From Eledone cirrhosa (Eukaryota): DNA of 64,000 nucleotides. The notes beneath the pieces were generated by a model. That model ran no database searches and was not told the DNA's origin. It saw only the letters and a list, made by a program, of their open reading frames with translations. The stretch is taken from assembly GCA_964016885.1 (NCBI GenBank), contig OZ024740.1:318308001-318372000 (forward strand), given 5' to 3'. Positions 59,801-64,000 of this stretch are shown here, in pieces. Position numbers and translations under genes: made by a program. The stretch's first letter is position 1. The number at the start of each line of letters is the position of its first letter.

Positions 59801-62800
59801 CAACAAATAATCCAGGATTCTATCGTCTATTTCCACACCTTACATTCTATCTGACATTCTAACGACTCTACCAATTCGCTGTATTTCTACTACAATACTA
59901 ACTTCAAATAATCCAGGATTGTCTCGTCTATTTCCACAACTTACATTCTATCTGATATTCTAACGACTCTACCAATTTGAAGTCTTTCTACTACAAAACT
60001 AACAACAAATAATCCAGGATTTCTCGTCTATTTCCACAACTTTCATTCTATCTGATATTCGAACGACACTACCAATTCGAAGTCTTTCTACTACAATACT
60101 CACAACAAATAATCCAGGATTGTCTCGTCTATTTCCACAACTTACATTCTATCTCAGTTTCTAACGAGTCTACCAATTCGCTGTATTTATACTACAATAC
60201 TCACAACAAATAAACCAGGATTGTCTCGTCTATTTCCACAACTTACATTCTATCTGACATTCTAACGACTCTACCCATTCGCTGTATTTCTACTACAATA
60301 CTAACTTTAAACAATCCAGGATTGTCTCCTCTATTTCCACAACTTACATTCTATCTGACATTCTAACGACTCTACCAATTCGATTTCTTTCTACTACAAT
60401 ACTCACAACAAATAATCCAGGATTGTCTCATCTATTTCCACAACTTACATTCTATCTGACATTCTAACGACTCTACCAATTCGAAGTCTTTCTATTACAA
60501 AACTCACAACAAATAATCCAGGATTGTCTCGTCTATTCCCACAACTTACATTCTATGTGACATTCTAACGACTCTACCAATTCGAAGTTTTTCTACTACA
60601 ATACTCACAACAAATGATCCAGGATTGTCTCGTCTATTTCCACAACTTACATTCTATCTGACATTCTAACGACTCTACCAAGTCGAAGTCTTTCTATTAC
60701 TATACTCACAACAAATAATCCAGGATTGTCTCGTCTATTTCCACAACTTACATTCTATGTGACATTCTAACGACTCAACCAATTCGAAGTCTTTCTACTA
60801 CAATACTCAACAAATAATCCAGGACTGTCTCGTCTATTTCCACAACTTACATTCTATCTGATATTCTAACGACTCTACCAATTCGAAGTCTTTCTACTAC
60901 AATACTAACAACAAATAATCTAAGATTGTCTCGTCTATTTCCACACCTTACATTCTATCTGACATTCTAACGACTCTACCAATTCGCTGTATTTCTACTA
61001 CAATACTAACTTCAAATAATCCAGGATTGTCTCGTCTATTTCCACAACTTACATTCTATCTGATATTCTAACGACTCTACCAATTTGAAGTCTTTCTACT
61101 ACAAAACTAACAACAAATAATCCAGGATTTCTCGTCTATTTCCACAACTTTCATTCTATCTGATATTCGATCGACACTACCAATTCGAAGTCTTTCTACT
61201 ACAATACTCACAACAAATAATCCAGGATTGTCTCGTCTATTTCCACAACTTACATTCTATCTCAGTTTCTAACGAGTCTACCAATTCGCTGTATTTATAC
61301 TACAATACTCACAACAAATAAACCAGGATTGTCTCGTCTATTTCCACAACTTACATTCTATCTGACATTCTAACGACTCTACCCATTCGCTGTATTTCTA
61401 CTACAATACTAACTTTAAACAATCCAGGATTGTCTCCTCTATTTCCACAACTTACATTCTATCTGACATTCTAACGACTCTACCAATTCGATTTCTTTCT
61501 ACTACAATACTCACAACAAATAATCCAGGACTGTCTCGTCTATTACCACAACTTACATTCTATCTGACATTCTAACGACTCTACCAATTCGAAGTCTTTC
61601 TATTACAATACTCACAACAAATAATCCAGGATTGTCTCGTCTATTCCCACAACTTACATTCTATGTGACATTCTAACGACTCTACCAATTCGAAGTTTTT
61701 CTACTACAATACTCACAACAAATGATCCAGGATTGTCTCGTCTATTTCCACAACTTACATTCTATCTGACATTCTAACGACTCTACCAAGTCGAAGTCTT
61801 TCTATTACTATACTCACAACAAATAATCCAGGATTGTCTCGTCTATTTCCACAACTTACATTCTATGTGACATTCTAACGACTCTACCAATTCGAAGTCT
61901 TTCTGCTACAATACTCACAACAAATAATCCAGGATTGCCTCGTCTATTTCCACAACTTACATTCTACCTGACATTCTAACGACTCTACGAATTCGAAGTC
62001 TTTCTACTACAATACTCACAACAAATAATCCAGGATTGTCTCGTCTATTTCCACAAATTACATTCTATGTGACATTCTAACGACTCTACCAATTCGCTGT
62101 TTTTTACTACAATACTAACTTCAAATAATCCAGGATTGTCTCATCTATTTCCACAACTTACATTCTATCTGATATTCGAACGACTCTACCAATTCGAAGT
62201 CTTTCTACTACAATACTCACAACAAATAATCCAGGATTGTCTCGTCTATTTCCACAAATTACATTCTATCTGACATTCTAACGACTCTACCAATTCGAAG
62301 TGTTTCTACTACAATACTCACAACAAATAATCCAGGATTGTCTCGTCTATTTCCACAACTTACATTCTATCTGACATTCTAATGACTCTACCAATTCGAA
62401 GTCTTTCTACTACAATACTCACAACAAATAATTCAGGATTGTCTCGTCTACTTCCACAACTTACATTGTATCTGATATTCTAACGACTCTACCAATTCGA
62501 AGTCTTTTAACTACAATACTAACTTTAAACAATCCAGGATTGTCTCCTCTATTTCCACAACTTACATTCTATCTGACATTCTAACGACTCTACCAATTCG
62601 AAGTCTTTCTATTACAATACTCACAACAAATAATCCAGGATTGTCTCGTCTATTTCCACAACTTACATTCTATGTGACATTCTAACGACTCTACCAATTC
62701 GAAGTTTTTCTACTACAATACTCACAACAAATAATCCAGGATTGTCTCGTCTATTTCCACAACTTACATTCTATGTGACATTCTAACGACTCTACCAATT

Positions 62801-64000
62801 CGAAGTCTTTCTACTACATTACTCACAACAAATAATCCAGGATTGTCTCGTCTATTCCCACAACTTACATTATATCTGACATTCTAATGACTCTACCAAT
62901 TCGAAGTCTTTCTGCTACAATACTCACAACAAATAATCCAGGATTGCCTCGTCTATTTCCACACCTTACATTCTATCTGACATTCTAACGACTCTACCAA
63001 TTAAGTGTATTTCTACTACAATACTAACTTCAAATAATCCAGGATTGTCTCGTCTATTTCCACAACTTACATTCTATCTGATATTCTAACGACTCTACCA
63101 ATTTGAAGTCTTTCTATTACAATACTAACAACAAATAATCCAGGATTGTCTCGTCTATTTCCACAACTTACATTCTATCTCAGTTTCTAACGAGTCTACC
63201 AATTCGCTGTATTTATACTACAATACTCACAACAAATAAACCAGGATTGTCTCGTCTATTTCCACAACTTACATTCTATCTGACATTCTAACGACTCTAC
63301 CCATTCGCTGTATTTCTACTACAATACTAACTTTAAACAATCCAGGATTGTCTCCTCTATTTCCACAACTTACATTCTATCTGACATTCTAACGACTCTA
63401 CCAATTCGATTTCTTTCTACTACAATACTCACAACAAATAATCCAGGATTGTCTCGTCTATTTCCACAACTTACATTCTATCTGACATTCTAACGACTCT
63501 ACCAATTCGAAGTCTTTCTATTACAATACTCACAACAAATAATCCAGGATTGTCTCGTCTATTCCCACAACTTACATTCTATGTGACATTCTAACGACTC
63601 TACCAATTCGAAGTTTTTCTACTACAATACTCACAACAAATGATCCAGGATTGTCTCGTCTATTTCCACAACTTACATTCTATCTGACATTCTAACGACT
63701 CTACCAAGTCGAAGTCTTTCTATTACTATACTGACAACAAATAATCCAGGATTGTCTCGTCTATTTCCACAACTTACATTCTATGTGACATTCTAATGAC
63801 TCAACCAATTCGAAGTCTTTCTACTACAATACTCAACAAATAATCCAGGACTGTCTCGTCTATTTCCACAACTTACATTCTATCTGATATTCTAACGACT
63901 CTACCAATTCGAAGTCTTTCTACTACAATACTAACAACAAATAATCTAAGATTGTCTCGTCTATTTCTACAACTTACATTCTATCTGACATTCTAACGAC
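47810..64000 (+). repeat. Multi-kb super-repeat (X-Y-Z / X-Z / start of X), periods about 8.8 and 6.7 kb
   Basis: Block X (about 47.8-52.2 kb) matches about 56.7-60.9 kb at offset 8876 then 8775. Block Z (about 54.1-56.7 kb) matches about 60.9-63.3 kb at offset 6858 then 6658. ACTATACTGAC marks the early part of X at about 48191, 57067 and 63725. Confidence 0.85.

Larger units (their letters stand above)
1..64000 (+). repeat. Tandem satellite DNA array, 101-bp monomer, about 634 copies, single orientation, running off both window ends
   Basis: The same motif recurs every 101 bp (e.g. ACAACTTAC at 12001 and 12102; exact consensus at 5443-5543). Individual copies differ by a few substitutions and rare 1-2 bp deletions. 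No non-repeat sequence was seen. Confidence 0.99.
27750..64000 (+). repeat. Satellite subfamily domain III: larger ~30-mer units nested in multi-kb block duplications
   Basis: New variants appear from about 27804: ACTTTAAACAATCC...CTCCTCT, CGATGTCTCT, CGATTTCTTT, TCTATCTATTACAGTA, CCATGATTCTATC, CTACTTCC, ACAATTAATCCAGGAATG and CCAAGTCG. Domain II markers disappear. Confidence 0.8.

Noticed and set aside
1-64000. CRISPR-like or other repeat-spacer array
   Set aside because: There are no unique spacers: the whole 101 bp is repeated, variation is scattered substitutions, and no cas or other genes are present.
1-64000. Giant repetitive protein gene, or cassette/diversity-generating system
   Set aside because: The consensus has + strand stops (TGA and two TAA), and the many CTA/TTA triplets give - strand stops. 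The ORF track lists no - strand ORF. No recombinase, reverse transcriptase or expression site is present, and variant sharing is explained by duplication.
1-64000. Telomeric repeats or G-quadruplex/i-motif potential suggested by the C-rich strand
   Set aside because: No CCCTAA, CCTAA or CCCTAAA runs are present. The consensus has only three well-separated CC dinucleotides, and longer C runs occur only in rare variants (e.g. about 49937).
1-64000. 5S rRNA, tRNA or SINE-derived tandem array
   Set aside because: I see no recognisable Pol III A/B/C boxes, cloverleaf or 5S similarity, and the G-poor strand pairs poorly. An Rfam search would be needed to exclude remote similarity.
1-64000. Embedded transposon, inversion or unique island
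   Set aside because: Reading the window end to end showed no break in monomer phase and no reverse-complement monomers (e.g. no GGAAATAGACGAGAC on the + strand).
47810-64000. Multi-kb duplications as pure assembly artefacts
   Set aside because: The copies differ by several SNPs and whole-monomer indels, which favours real duplication. This is provisional until checked against reads.

Overview
The whole 64-kb window is one uninterrupted, head-to-tail tandem satellite array of about 634 copies of a 101-bp monomer, all in the same orientation. The consensus, present exactly at 5443-5543, is ACAACTTACATTCTATCTGACATTCTAACGACTCTACCAATTCGAAGTCTTTCTACTACAATACTCACAACAAATAATCCAGGATTGTCTCGTCTATTTCC (A32 C28 G8 T33, about 36% GC, strongly G-poor on the + strand). 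I see no genes, RNA genes, transposons or unique DNA, and the listed ORFs are chance read-throughs of the repeat. The information lies in the order of variant monomers: a conserved cassette of variants, irregular higher-order repeats (HORs) of about 13-14, 20, 30 and 65-88 monomers, three subfamily domains (about 1-2.9 kb, 2.9-27.7 kb, 27.7-64 kb) and rearrangements that stay in 101-bp register. This looks like eukaryotic centromeric/pericentromeric or other heterochromatic satellite. I cannot assign the organism or a named family. I found no evidence for a new protein- or RNA-based system. Block boundaries were read by eye and are approximate (about one monomer); marker offsets were counted by hand.
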